NCBI RefSeq assembly: GCF_009914755.1
Contig: NC_060938.1
Source: the human T2T-CHM13v2.0 reference genome, Homo sapiens
DNA length: 64,000 nt
Direction: 5' to 3' (one strand)
Shown here: one piece after another, positions 1-12,994 of the stretch
Position numbering within the stretch: the first letter of the stretch is position 1
Layout of the letters: every line of letters starts with the position of its first letter
Translations under genes and position numbers: made by a program
Notes under the pieces: model-generated
Database searches by the model: none
What the model was told of the DNA's origin: nothing
Seen by the model: only the letters and a program-made list of their open reading frames with translations

Positions 1-530
1 GTAGTCAGACAACATTGGGTTATTGACTAGCTGTAGTGAGAGGGAATGTGCACCAGGGGGCGCTGTGCAGTGTCTCGGTGAGAGGGTGTCAGACGTGGAG
101 AGCTTGGGCTTGTGGTAGGCGATTTGGAGAGTTCAAGGAAGTGTGTCCTTTTTTCTGGAATGGATGCTGTCAGGCAGTGGGAGCAATTCTGTGATTGAGT
201 ATCTTAATTTTTATCTAGAAGGCAGAAAGAATGGAATGAGACACATTATAACTGGTAAAGAGGCAGTAGTCATTCATATGAGTCATAATGTTCTTGTTTT
301 TATCTGTATTTGGACATGATTATGGAGTGATCTTTGTTCCAGCTTGGTCACAGAATAACTTTGTCTGATGTCATTCTTCAGTAGAAATGTTTGTGTTTAC
401 TAGAAAAAACAAACAAACAAAAACATGATCTAGTAGTGAGTACAAGGACAGCTCCAAGTAACACCACCGTTTAGCTGATAGTACCCAGCCAGCATTCCAT
501 GTCAAGATTGTTTCTCTTTTGTAAGAGCAT
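1..530. mobile_element. Old ERVL-class LTR fragment (MER76-like)
   Basis: Segment gagtatcttaatttttatctagaaggcagaaagaatggaatgag...ctggtaaagaggcagtagtcattcatat resembles recalled MER76 consensus. Confidence 0.5.
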
Positions 531-559
531 AAACTTTAACAGGACTGACAACCTCCAAT

Positions 560-914
560 TTCACTTGGGATAAGCCAGCCACAGTGTAAAAAGTCCAACT
601 ATTTTGAGACCACCATGCTAGGAAGAAGCTCACACTAGCTATATGGATAAATCATGCCAAAGAAAACCATGAATCCCAGCTGAAAACAAAAACTAAGTTG
701 CCAATCAAATGGCTGTGGTCAAGCCATCCCAGCAACCCCCTTTTGAGCTATCTCAGCTGACACTTTAGCTATCACAGAGCAGAGAGAAACAAGCTCTCCT
801 TGATATGGCTTAATGAAATTCCTGGTCCACAGAATCCTGAGAAATAAAATGGCTATTGTTTATGGCCGCTATACTCTGGGGTAAATTATTCTACAGCGAT
901 AGATAGCTGAAACA
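560..914 (+). mobile_element. MLT1 (MLT1G/H-like) MaLR LTR fragment
   Basis: gagaccaccatgctaggaagaagc... and 3' end aattcctggtccacagaatcctgagaaataaaatgg...atagatagctgaaaca. Confidence 0.7.
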
Positions 915-937
915 AGTAGCAAGTAAGTTTATATCAT

Positions 938-1298
938 TGTATTAGCCTGTTTTTACACTGCTATAAGGAATACCTGAGACTGGGTAATTTATGAATGAAA
1001 GAGGTTTAATTGACTCACAGTTCCAGATGGCTGGGGAGGCCTCAGGAAACTTACAATCATGGCAGAAGGCAATGGGTAAGCAAGGCATGTCTCCCCACAG
1101 TGGCAAGAGAGAGCATGAAGGAGGAACTGCCAAACACGTAAAAAACTATTAGATCTCATGAGAACTCACTATCATGAGAACAGCATGGGGAAAACCGCCC
1201 CCATGATCCAACCACCTCCCACCAGGTCCCTCCCTTGACACCTGGGGATTATAATTCGAGATGAGATTTGGGTGGGGACATAAAGCCAAATCATTTCC
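938..1298 (-). mobile_element. MSTA-type MaLR solo LTR
   Basis: tgtattagcctgtttttacactgctataaggaatacctgagactggg...; 5-bp TSD ATCAT (933-937/1299-1303). Confidence 0.9.
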
Positions 1299-1308
1299 AT
1301 CATGCTGG

Positions 1309-1807
1309 TGTATTACTCAAGAATCTTCAGAGAAACAAAACCAATAGGACACACACAAACACACACACAAACATATAGTGAAAGGATTTATTGTAAAGAA
1401 TTGGCTCACCGATTATGAAGGCTCAGAAGTCCCACAATCTGCCCTCCCTAAGCTGAAGACTTAGGAAAGTTGGTGTAATTCATCTGTGCCCACAGGCCTG
1501 AGAACCAGGGAGCCAATTGTATAAACCCAAGTCTAAGGGCAGGATATAAGATGAGATGCACCAGCTCAAGAAGTGAAACGGGAAAAAAAGGGAGGGAGGC
1601 AGATTCCTCCTTCCTCTGCCTTTTGTTCTATTCAGGGCCTCAACAGATTGGATGACACCAGCCCTCCTTGGGGAAGGTAATCTGCTTTACTGGATCCACC
1701 AAGTCAGATGCTAATCTCTTCTAGAAACATTCTCAAAAGCCCAGAAATAATTTTTATCTCAGCACCTTGTGATCCAGTCAAGTTGACACATAAAATTAAC
1801 CATCACA
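1309..1807 (-). mobile_element. MLT2 (ERVL) solo LTR
   Basis: cagagaaacaaaaccaatagga...caagttgacacataaaattaaccatcaca; perfect TSD GCTGG (1304-1308/1808-1812). Confidence 0.9.
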
Positions 1808-2779
1808 GCTGGTAAGATAGGCCTTGCTTAATTCAAAACTAAAGTGTTGGACACTGCAATCATCATTTAAAATTATGAAAAGATTCATCACAGGTTAATG
1901 CAAATAATCATCCCCTCCTCTTTATACCATAAGAGCAAATGTCAGTATATTATATGTCTGGGGAAGAGTATATCCTTATATTAATAACCTAACTTTATAC
2001 CTCTGAAGATGTATATAAAGCCAAGCCAAAAAGCCTCCTAGCAACCTGTGTGAAATCACCCACACATCCCAAACTGTCAAGCCTAGGTTATCTCCAGGGT
2101 TGCTGTGGGGTTCTCTGATTCAGTCCAGACCAGCCCGAGGAGGAAGTTCTGAAGACTTCTAGAGAACATGCAAGAAATTGGAGCCAATATTTAGACCCAT
2201 TCCAAGCAGGCCTGTTAGGATTGGGCCATCCCCAGAGCTGAGCCTGACCTCCAGCTCTGACCTGGAAGTGTCAGTGTCCAGTGGGCTTGACTCAGGTCAG
2301 AGCACATTGATCACATCAGAACAGCCACCCCATCCTACTTGAGAAGCCCTTCCTAGGGCCTCAGGAGAGAATGCATTCTCAATAGTCTTTAATTTCAGCA
2401 CCAGCCCACCATAGCAGCCAACAGAGAACCATGGGGTCTCCAGTAAACCATCAGCTGGAGTGTTGGTTAAATTCTGGGGATAGCTGAGTTCTGTTGCAGC
2501 AGAAATAATGGAAAAAAACACCAGTATATTTCTCAATACTATGTTTTATTTATGACAGGAGCTTTTGCCCTTTGGACAAACTAAGTTATACAATAGCAAA
2601 AATGTGAAATAGGACACATTTCTAACACTTTTTTTTTTTGCCATTTCTTTGCTTCCCTTCATCCTTTCTGGGCTCTAGCACCAACTCTGTCATAGCATTA
2701 GCTCTACAAGGGCTTGCTCCCATGGTGGCGAGAGAGAGAGAGAGACAGCGAAGGCTTTGCCTACATGCTGTAGTTTAGC

Positions 2780-3440
2780 CTAGTCCAGTAGAAAAATAAT
2801 GCAAGCTGCATATGGAATTTTAGATCTTCTAGTAGCCAAATTAAACTAAAAACAACAGATATAATTCATTTGAACACTGATATGGTTTGGCTCTGTGTCC
2901 CCACCCAAATCTCATCTTGTAGCTCCCATAATTTCCACATGTTGTGGGAGGGACCCAGTGGGAGATGATTGAATCAGGGGGCAGGTCTTCCCCGTGCTGT
3001 TCTCATGAAAGTGAATGGATCTCATGAGGTCTGATGGTTTTAAAAATGAGACTTCCCCTGCACAAGCCCTCTTCTCTTGTCTGCCACCATGTGAGACATG
3101 CCTTTCACCTTCCACCATGATTGTGAGGCCTCCCCAGCCATATGGAACTGTAAGTCCATTAAACCTCTTTCTTTTGTAATTTGCCCAGTCTAGGGTATGT
3201 CTTTATCAGCAGTGTGGAAACAGACTAATGCAAATACTGTTTATATAACTATGTCCAAAATTTTATCACTTCAACATCTAATCAATGTAAAACATTTAAT
3301 AAAATATTTCACGTTTTGGGTTGTTGTTATAGAAATCCAACGTGTGTTTTACAACCACGTACAGCACATCTCAATTCAAACTATGACACATGCCAAGTCT
3401 TCAGTTGCCATACGTAACCATGACTACCATTTTGGACAGA
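2780..3440. mobile_element. MER3/MER33-like hAT-Charlie DNA transposon, split by THE1 LTR
   Basis: gtccagtagaaa...ttctagtagcca on the left; ttatcacttcaacatctaatcaatgtaaaa...ttggacag on the right of the THE1. Confidence 0.65.
2878..3232 (+). mobile_element. THE1 (C/D-like) solo LTR
   Basis: tgatatggtttggctctgtgtccccacccaaatctc...cagactaatgca; TSD AACAC/AATAC. Confidence 0.92.
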
Positions 3441-4587
3441 ACCTCTCTACTTAATTGTTACTTCTCTATCTAGTCTTCCATTTTTTGAATGATTAGCTAG
3501 TTACTCTGTCCAATGAATTAATCCAACAATGAAATAGATTCACCTTCAATGCAATACATTGGTATTAACAGGGGTATAGAATGCCTTGATAAAAATGTTC
3601 AGGATTATGGCAATCCATCAAATGCCTCTAGCGTTCTTCAAATCACACAGACGGCCTCCTATGCCTTCAGATGATATCATTGTGAAGGTAAAAATAAAAA
3701 GCCTGAGGAAAAAAAATTACAGAGCACAGAACTGATCCTAATTTGGCATAAAGTTGAGGTAATTTCCATTTCTAGGAGAATTTTTAGAGTAATAGGTAAA
3801 TACATCCCTGAGAAAAAAAGAGGACAACCTTTCTGGGTCATAACAATGATGTACATTCTCACTTTTCTGAAAACTTATCTTAGCAGGAAAAAAAAAATCC
3901 TTAGGAAATTCTCCAGAGCAAAATGGTAATCAGCTGTTAAAAGCATAAATTAAAGAAGTCAAACTGAAAAGTATGGAAGGTGTCATATGGTTGTGAAAAG
4001 AGCATGGATTCCAGAATCAGACAGACCTGAATTCACAGTGTGAGTCATACGAAGATATCATATGGTTGTGAAAAGAGCACAGATTCTGGAATCAGATGGG
4101 CATAGATTTATGCTGTGAACTTGGGCAGATGCCTCCTTGGTACCAGATTCCAAGGGGAATTGGAGGGAATTGTGGGGAATGCCATTTCCCTTGCAACGTT
4201 ACAGGGATTTAAATACGCCTGATACCATATGGGACCCTGAGTAGACAATACGTATTTACCTCCATATTATTTGAGTGAACGTCAATAATCTTTCTGATAT
4301 AAATGCTGCTGAATTGGTCTGTGAAAACCTTAAGAATGAGACAAGTAAGCCATATTGCATTGTCTGCCCATTAAAGCCAAAATGCTGTCCTCCAGGTACC
4401 TGCCCAGCCAGTTGCTATACATTGCAGGCACACATCTTCCTGCAAGACATCCTGGGAAAGTCAGCTTCAGAAAGGTCAGCTCACTCGGGAGCAAACAAGC
4501 TCTCATGAACTATGGGTATCCTCTCAGTCATAAACCCAGTTCTAGGAAACAGTATTTACCAGTTACAATATCGCTGGAGGGCTTAGG

Positions 4588-5451
4588 TGAGATGCCAGTG
4601 AGACCCCAGCCCCAGCCAGTGTTCCAGGTTCTTGCCATAATCACAAGAAAGAATTCAGAGATGAGTCAGAGTAAAGGGAAGGGCAAGAAGCTTTTATTCC
4701 AAAGTACTCGAGTAGGAGTGTGAGTGAACTTGGGAGAGTGAGTTGCACACAGTGGAGTATGGGTTTCTAATTTAATGAGCTCTTCTAATTAAAAGATGGA
4801 ATGATGAGGGCTTCTAGGAAAAAGGTGGAGATCTCTTAGAATTGGAGTGCCACCCATTTTTCTACTAAATATGGGCATGATCGGATCTGTCATGGCACTA
4901 GTGGGTGAGTGACTTAGGAGAGTAATGAGTGTATAATTATGTCTGGGGTAGGACGTGGGTCAAATCCAATGTCACGTCGGACTTAGCTGGTTTTAGTCAG
5001 CTTAGCCCCCATCCTGTTAGCAAGGGTCTTATCAGCCCAGGCTTATCTTTGTCCTTGTAGCTAATTTTAACACCTCCTTTCTTGCTGCTGGTGATATTGT
5101 TGCTTGATATTTTCCTGCTTCTCCTGTAAGCATCCAGCATTCCTATTTTATGGGCGTTTTCTTAAATTAGGGGGTGAAATAATCATTAGATATTCTGGAA
5201 AAGGAGGGCATTTCAGGGACCCGTGGTTACTAACCCAAACGTTCTCTCTTATTTATTTCTCTCTTATCTCTCTTATTATTTCGGTTTGCCTAGAAGAGTC
5301 ATGAACATGTCACTCTGACCAGTGTTTTGGCTGTTTTTCTCTCTTATTTTGAGTTTTCTGTTATCCTGTAGTTTATTTGCCTAGTTCTTATTTTAGCTGT
5401 TGTTTGGATTTTTCCGTCCTTCTGTCACCACCCAGGGCTATGCTCCTATCA
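4588..5451 (-). mobile_element. ERV1-class solo LTR (MER4-group-like, subfamily unresolved)
   Basis: TG...CA ends; ccaggttcttg...caagaaagaatt...ttttatt (minus-strand AATAAA) typical of an antisense ERV1 LTR; no clean TSD. Confidence 0.65.
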
Positions 5452-5713
5452 GCAGAACACAGCCAACAAATCATTAGTTTGCTAATGACACAAGTGATAG
5501 CAATGCAGTCCATGGATTGACTACTTCTTAGTCACGTGTCCACCCTTCATCCAATCAGCTGTGGCCTTAGTCGGGTGTCTACCCCTCATCCAATCAGCTG
5601 TGGCCTTGCTGAAGGTGGCATTCTGAAGTCAGCTACCTGCTTAGCAAGATGTGTGGGCAGAAATTCATCCCGAAAGTGACGTGGACAGACAGTCCTCCGA
5701 TCTATGGTTAGTA

Positions 5714-7231
<1,518 letters not shown>

Positions 7232-7239
7232 TATGTTGC

Positions 7240-7335
7240 ATTTCACAGATAAGGAAACTGAGGCTCAGAGAGGATAAGTAACTTGCCCAGCTCCCTCCCC
7301 AAGTTCAGGGACTGTGTCTGGTTGCTGTTACCTAG
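7240..7335 (-). mobile_element. MIR fragment
   Basis: core catttcacagataaggaaactgaggctcagagag. Confidence 0.8.
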
Positions 7336-7444
7336 TCGTAGTACTCACAGCACTGCCTGTATTATTGAAGAGTGCTATATTGAAGGGTGTTATTTGTTGA
7401 ATAATTACAGGGACAAAGGACTCCAAAGCTGTGGTTTCTATACC

Positions 7445-7710
7445 CGTTGTTCTCAACCTTGGCTGTGCATTCACATCACCTGGGAGGGTTTTTAAAATCC
7501 CAGTTTTCAGGTGACACCCCCAGGCCAAATAAATTAACATCTCTACTCCTCACATGATTCTGAGATGCACCAAAACTGGAGAACTCTGGTCTAGAGAAGC
7601 ACTTTTCAGATTTCAGCTTGAACTAAATCAGCTGGAGAACTTGTTAAAATGCAGATTCTGGCTCAATGAGTCTTGAATGGGCCCGAGATTCCGCATTTCT
7701 AAAAAACGTT
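7445..7710. mobile_element. Two adjacent MER5-type hAT elements
   Basis: ttctcaaccttggctgtgcatt...atcacctgggag; gaacttgttaaaatgcagattctgg...gattccgcatttctaa. Confidence 0.75.
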
Positions 7711-7824
7711 CTAGTTGCCTCTAAAGTGCCTTTGCAATACTGCAATTATTATTTTCAGGAGGGCTCTTTCCCCCACAGCTATGATGAAGATTCAGTTCAT
7801 AATGTGTTCACAGGAGAGGTGGTA

Positions 7825-8080
7825 GTGCTTAGTAATTAGGAGCGTAGAGACTAGGTGAGATATTCTGGCCTGGAAACCTGCTACTGCCACATAATAGCTA
7901 TTAATATAAAATCTGGACAATTTTCTAAACTGCCCTGTGCTTCAGTTTTCTTATATGTAAATCAGATATAAAAGAGTACCTATAAATAAGTACTTATAGA
8001 TATTAAATATGTAGACACATGCAAAAGACAGAACAGGGCCAGACATGTTGTAAGTGCTCAGTAAGAGTGAGTTCATTGTT
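7825..8080 (+). mobile_element. MIR
   Basis: ctgtgcttcagttttcttatatgtaaa core; taagtgctcagtaa tail. Confidence 0.75.
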
Positions 8081-8124
8081 ATTATTCACTGAGTATTTCT
8101 GATCTTTCTTAAGCTGGAAATGTC

Positions 8125-8360
8125 AAGGGCTCTGGAGCTTGACCACCTGGGTTCAAATGCCACCTTCACTCATGTTAACAGTGTGGCTTGGGCAACCGAC
8201 TTTACCTCTCTGCACCTGTTTCTTCAATGTGCAAATGGAAAGAACATCACCTGCCTCTTAGGTTGTTCTAAGGATAAATTATATGCAATGCACTTAGAAT
8301 ACGGCCAGACTAAAAGGTAAATGTGCAACAAATATTTATGAAGGTTGTCATTATCGTTAT
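8125..8360 (+). mobile_element. MIR
   Basis: ggctctggagc...cctgggttcaaat...ctctctgcacctgtttcttcaatgtgcaaatgg. Confidence 0.75.
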
Positions 8361-8854
8361 TATTACCACGTGCCAGGCACTGGGGATGCAGAGGTAAATC
8401 AGAAGCTTCAAGCGTAGCCCTTGTTGGAACTGAAAAGAAATTGCAGATGTAAAACCTTTGATTTAATGAGGTTTTACAGTGTCCAGTCATCCTTGAAGAG
8501 CAAGCAGAAAAAAGGAGATTCTGTCAGTTAATATCTCCTGTATCTAGAGTCATTCTCTTGGTTATTTTTACTCTTTGCTTTAGGCCTCTGATTTGCTTAA
8601 AACTGATGGCTTGAAAAGGGAAATTCATCTGGATTCCCTCACCAAGCTGACAGTCCACTGCCACTGTTATTACAATGATTTATCACTACTCTTTCCATGC
8701 GGATGGTGACAGGCAAAGGAAGGGGTTTGCCATCTTACACCCTGACTTCGATACCCATTCCCCAGAAAAAGCAGCTTGTATCTTCCAATCTCACATCGTA
8801 AGAGCTATAATCCCTGGTCCAGCTAAACCAAAATCTCCCCAAGATGCATCAGAT

Positions 8855-9410
8855 TGTAATGCCCAACCTTGTTTTTACTAACCCTGTTTTTAACTCTCCC
8901 TTTTCCTTTAATCACCTAGACTTGTTGCCACCTGAATTGACTCTCCCTTAGCTAAGAGAGCTAGACAGAATCCATCTTGGCTCTTTCACTGGCAGCCCCT
9001 TCCTCAAGGACTTAACTTGTGCAAGCTGACTCCCAGCACATCCAAGAATGCAATTAACTGATAAGATACTGTGGCAAGCTATATCCGCAATTCCCAGGAA
9101 TTCGTCTGATTGATAACACCCAAAGCCTCCAGTCTATGACCTTGTAATAGTCTTAAAGCCCCTGCACCTGGAACTGTTTACCTTCCTGTAACCATTTATC
9201 CTTTTAACTTTTTGCCTACTTTATATCTGTAAAATTGTTTTAACTAGAGCCCCCTCCCCTTTCTAAACCAAATTATAAAAGAAAATCTAGCCCCTTCTTC
9301 CGGGCCGAGAGAATTTTGAGCGTTAGCCGTCTCTTGGCCGCCGGCTAAATAAACGGACTCTTAATTTGTCTCAAAGTGTGGCGTTTTCTCTAACTCGCTC
9401 AGGTACAACA
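8855..9410 (+). mobile_element. LTR6 (LTR6A/6B, HERV-S71) full-length solo LTR
   Basis: tgtaatgcccaaccttgtttttactaaccctg...ctcgctcaggtacaaca; 556 bp; perfect 4-bp TSD AGAT; TATAAAA 9274-9280; AATAAA 9348-9353; retained CpGs. Confidence 0.85.
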
Positions 9411-9804
9411 AGATAATGATTAAACTACTGTTTATGTAAGTAATTGCCAGGTACGCTACATGAAAATAAATTTATCAAATAGTTACCAAATAGTAATAAC
9501 TAATATGTATTAGTGTGTTTCCTGAATAGCAGCATATTTATTACAGAGATTCAGCAAACAGAACTCCCAGTTCCTGGGAATGTCTGCTTTCTACTCAGCA
9601 TACTGTAATGTCTCTCCCTCAGATTCAGGAATGCTGAGAAAATAACTCTGTGAGTAGAGATGGAGGCAAATGAAAATTATGAAGTATATATTGTTGATAT
9701 TCTTTGTATGAGTTCAGACACACACATTCACTCTGTAAGCTGGCAAAAATAACGACTGAAAAAGGGAGTTGAAAATATTATGCATAAGTTGGAGTTTGAG
9801 ACAC

Positions 9805-10598
9805 TGATAAAGACAGGAGAGGGAAATACTGGGTAGAAGAGGGCGGTTCCCTAGCAAAGGCCCTACACTCAAGCCTGGAGACCCGCGGGCCTACGTGGAA
9901 ATAGGCATTTCTGTTTTCACACCCAAAAAGTTGCCTTTTGGCCCACCACGCCCCCCTATCCTGTACCCATATAAACTCCAAACCCCAGGCTGCAGAAGCA
10001 GATGAGCAGGTGAGAAGACAAGGAGAAAAACAGACGAACAGAACGGAACAAAGCGGCAGAGAAAGAGAGGAAGAGAAACATCTGAACACCAAGAGGAGTT
10101 CAGCTGGGGGCAGCTGGAGAGGGGTTCAGCCACTGGACGGCCAGGCTCCAGGGGAAGATCATCTTCCCACTCTTTCCTCCCTTCCGGCTCTTCATCCCTC
10201 CCACTGAGAGTCACCTCCACCACTCAATAAAAACCTCCACATTCATCCTTCAGGCCCCTGGGTGTCTTCCAGGATGCTAGGAAAGAGCTCAGGATACAGA
10301 AAGCTGTTACACTGACCCACTGCACTTGCAAAAAGGAAGAAGGTCCCTTAAGGTGGTTAACACTTGAGCAATCTGCAGATGGCAAAGCTACAACAGCATT
10401 ATAACACTGGGGCAGCAGACATCCACCCTTAGACACTACTGTGGGGCCGGAGCCCAAAGCCCTCACCCCGGCTCCTGTACCTTCCCATCTTTGTGCTCTC
10501 CCTCTTCTCAGAGGTTTGAGCAGCAGCAGCAACCAACCAGGTTAGCCACACCCCTGTCTCATGTCCTGCAAGGGAGATCAGGGAACTCTCCAATTTCA
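9805..10598 (+). mobile_element. LTR1-family (HUERS-P2) solo LTR
   Basis: tgataaagacaggagagggaaatactgggtagaagagggcggttccc...gggaactctccaatttca; TSD ACAC/ATAC. Confidence 0.82.
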
Positions 10599-10606
10599 AT
10601 ACTTTC

Positions 10607-10889
10607 TGTATTTGTTTCTTAGGGGTGCTGTAACAAATTATCACAATTTGGTAGCTTAAAACAACAGAAATTGATTTTCTTGCAATTCTGGAGGTGAGAT
10701 ATTCAAAATCAAAGTGTGGCAGGGCCAAGCTCCTTCTGAAGGCCCTAGGGGGGCATCTGGACCCTACCTCTTCTGCTTCCCATGGATCCAGGCATTCCTT
10801 GGCTCCTGGTTGCGTCATTCCAATGTCTGCCTCAGTCTTCTCATCTTCTCTCTGTGTCTCTCTTTTGTGTGCCTCTTGTAAAAACACCT
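10607..10889 (-). mobile_element. MLT1C/D-type LTR fragment
   Basis: tgctgtaacaaattatcacaatttggtagcttaaaacaacagaaattgatt. Confidence 0.85.
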
Positions 10890-11220
10890 GTGTTCAACAA
10901 ATTTTATGGGAGGTCATTAGTTTGGATTAACCACCTGCCTGAGGCCCCCTCGGCATCAGACCCAAGGAGAATGGACTCACTTGTGCTAAGTGCCACATAA
11001 TTAAACTGAACTTTGAAATGGGTCAGCTTTCCAAAAAAAAAAAAAAAAAAAAAAAAAAACCCAGGAGATCCCAGTCAACCTGAGTCAGTTTAATTTAAAA
11101 GTCCTCTCTGTTTTCTCCTTCAAAGGAAAGTAACTTTGAAATAACCAATCTGCATTTTGTCCCAATTCTGCTTTCTCCAGACGTTTTCTGGCTCTAAAGC
11201 CAAACCCTCTTTTCTCAGCA
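10890..11220 (+). mobile_element. MER34-type ERV1 LTR fragment with internal A27 run (11033-11059)
   Basis: aatggactcacttgtgctaagtgccacataattaaactgaacttt matches recalled MER34. Confidence 0.7.
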
Positions 11221-11284
11221 GCTGAACCCAGCCCAACCCAGCCAAGAGTTACTTTTGCAAAAGTGGTTTATTTCTGTGCAGAAG

Positions 11285-11447
11285 CATATGCGTCATAAAG
11301 CTAATGAGCTTAAGCTTCACGGCCCTGAATAGCAGGGACTCTCTCAAGGGGGCTGCAGGCATTCATATCCATAATCTGTTATTATTTTTCTTAAAGAGGC
11401 TCCCAAAATTCTAGATGTTTCAGGCCTGAAAATCTTGGATCCACCCC
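11285..11447. mobile_element. Small hAT-type MITE (MER53-like)
   Basis: aagctaatgagcttaagcttcacggccc...cttggatccacccc. Confidence 0.5.
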
Positions 11448-12298
11448 ATCTTTCATAGTATATCCAATGGCAGTAATAATTTACAGGGTACATAATAGGG
11501 GCTCAATATATATTAGTCAAACCAATATAACACCTATCCTGCACCAACACTAGATATAGGCACAGTCTTTGCCTTCAAGAAGTCCAAAGTACAGTGGAGA
11601 ACAGATATATTAATAAAATAATCACTAAATGTGATGTCATGACTCATTTAAATACTATGAAGCTACATAGGTTTAAGATGGGACATGCGGGAGATCTGAC
11701 GTAGGCAGAGAGGTTTCTGAGGAAGCAATAGTGGAGTCGTGATCTAAAGAGAATGAGAATTAATTAGAGGGGAGAGAAGTAAGAAGAGAATGTTCCAGGC
11801 TGAGAGGATAGAAGTGATAGAGAGAGAAAGAACATCGTATGTCCAAGGAACTGAGAGAAGGTAAATTAGCTGCTGCACAGACAGTGAGGAGGATCTTGGT
11901 ATAAAATGAGCCTGGGAAGGCAAACCAACCATGCAGGGCCCCATGAGCCCTGTGAAGATGTTCAGCCTTTATTATAAGAACAGCAGCAAGTTAGTCTGGG
12001 TGTTGGGGCAGGGTGGGGAGCACAGATAAGAGTAATGACATGATAGGATGTCTACTTATGACATGCTCTGGCCGCACTACGGAAATCAGCAGGGGCAAGG
12101 CAGGGGTGTGTAAGAAGATGCAAGTAGCAGGCTATCGGGGAAGACCAGGAAAGAGGTGACTGTGGTGTGGTGGGTGGTGGGAGCAGTAGGAAAGAAATGA
12201 AAAGCATTGCAGAGATGGAGAGACATCAAGAGTAAAATCCTCATACTTGTTGCAGGATTGGTCATGGGGAGTAATGGTGAAAGAGTTGTCAAGGATAA

Positions 12299-12994
12299 TG
12301 TTAGGGACTGAATAATTATGTCTCCCCAAATTCATATATTAAAATCCTAACCCCTAGGATGATGGTATTAAGAGGTGGGGCCAACACAGTGTGGTGGCAC
12401 ATGCCTGTTAATTCCAGCACTTTGGGAGGCCAAAGCAGGTGGATCTTTTGAGCCCGGGAGTTTGAGGCCAGCCTGGGCAACACGACAAAAACCTGTCTCT
12501 ACCAAAATATATATATATATATAAATTAGCCTGCCGGGATAATGCATGCCTGTAGCCCCAGCTACTCAAGAGGCTAAGGTGGAAGGATCACTTGAGCCCG
12601 AAAGATGGAAGTTGCCATGAGCCGTGATTGTGCCACTGTACTCCAGCCTGGGCAATAGAGTGAGACCCTGTCTCAAAAAAGAAAAGAAAAGAAAAAAAAT
12701 GTGGGGTGGGATCTTTGGAGGGTCATTAGGTCATGAGGATGCATCCCTCTGGAATAAGATTGGTGCCCTTATAAAAGAGGCCCTAGTGAACTGCCTTGCC
12801 CCATCCATCATGTGAGAATACAGCAAGAAGAAACCTGTCTATGAACCAGTAAGCAGGCCTCACAAAACACCAGACCTGCCAGCACCCTGATCTTGGACTT
12901 CCCAGCCTCAAGAACTATGAGAAACAAATTTCTGTTGTTTAAAAGCTACCTAGCCTGTGGTATTCTGTTATAGCAGCCCAAATGGACTAACACA
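12299..12994 (+). mobile_element. MLT1A-type solo LTR containing an AluJ
   Basis: ccccaaattcatatattaaaatcctaacccc...ttatagcagcccaaatggactaacaca; TSD GATAA/GAAAA. Confidence 0.88.
12379..12699 (+). mobile_element. AluJ with (TA)n in the linker
   Basis: J-type diagnostics ggatcacttgagccc and gagtgagaccctgtctc. Confidence 0.92.

Noticed and set aside
9778-10887. Cluster of 89-152 aa ORFs
   Set aside because: They fall inside GC-richer LTR1 and MLT1 sequence where stop codons are rarer.
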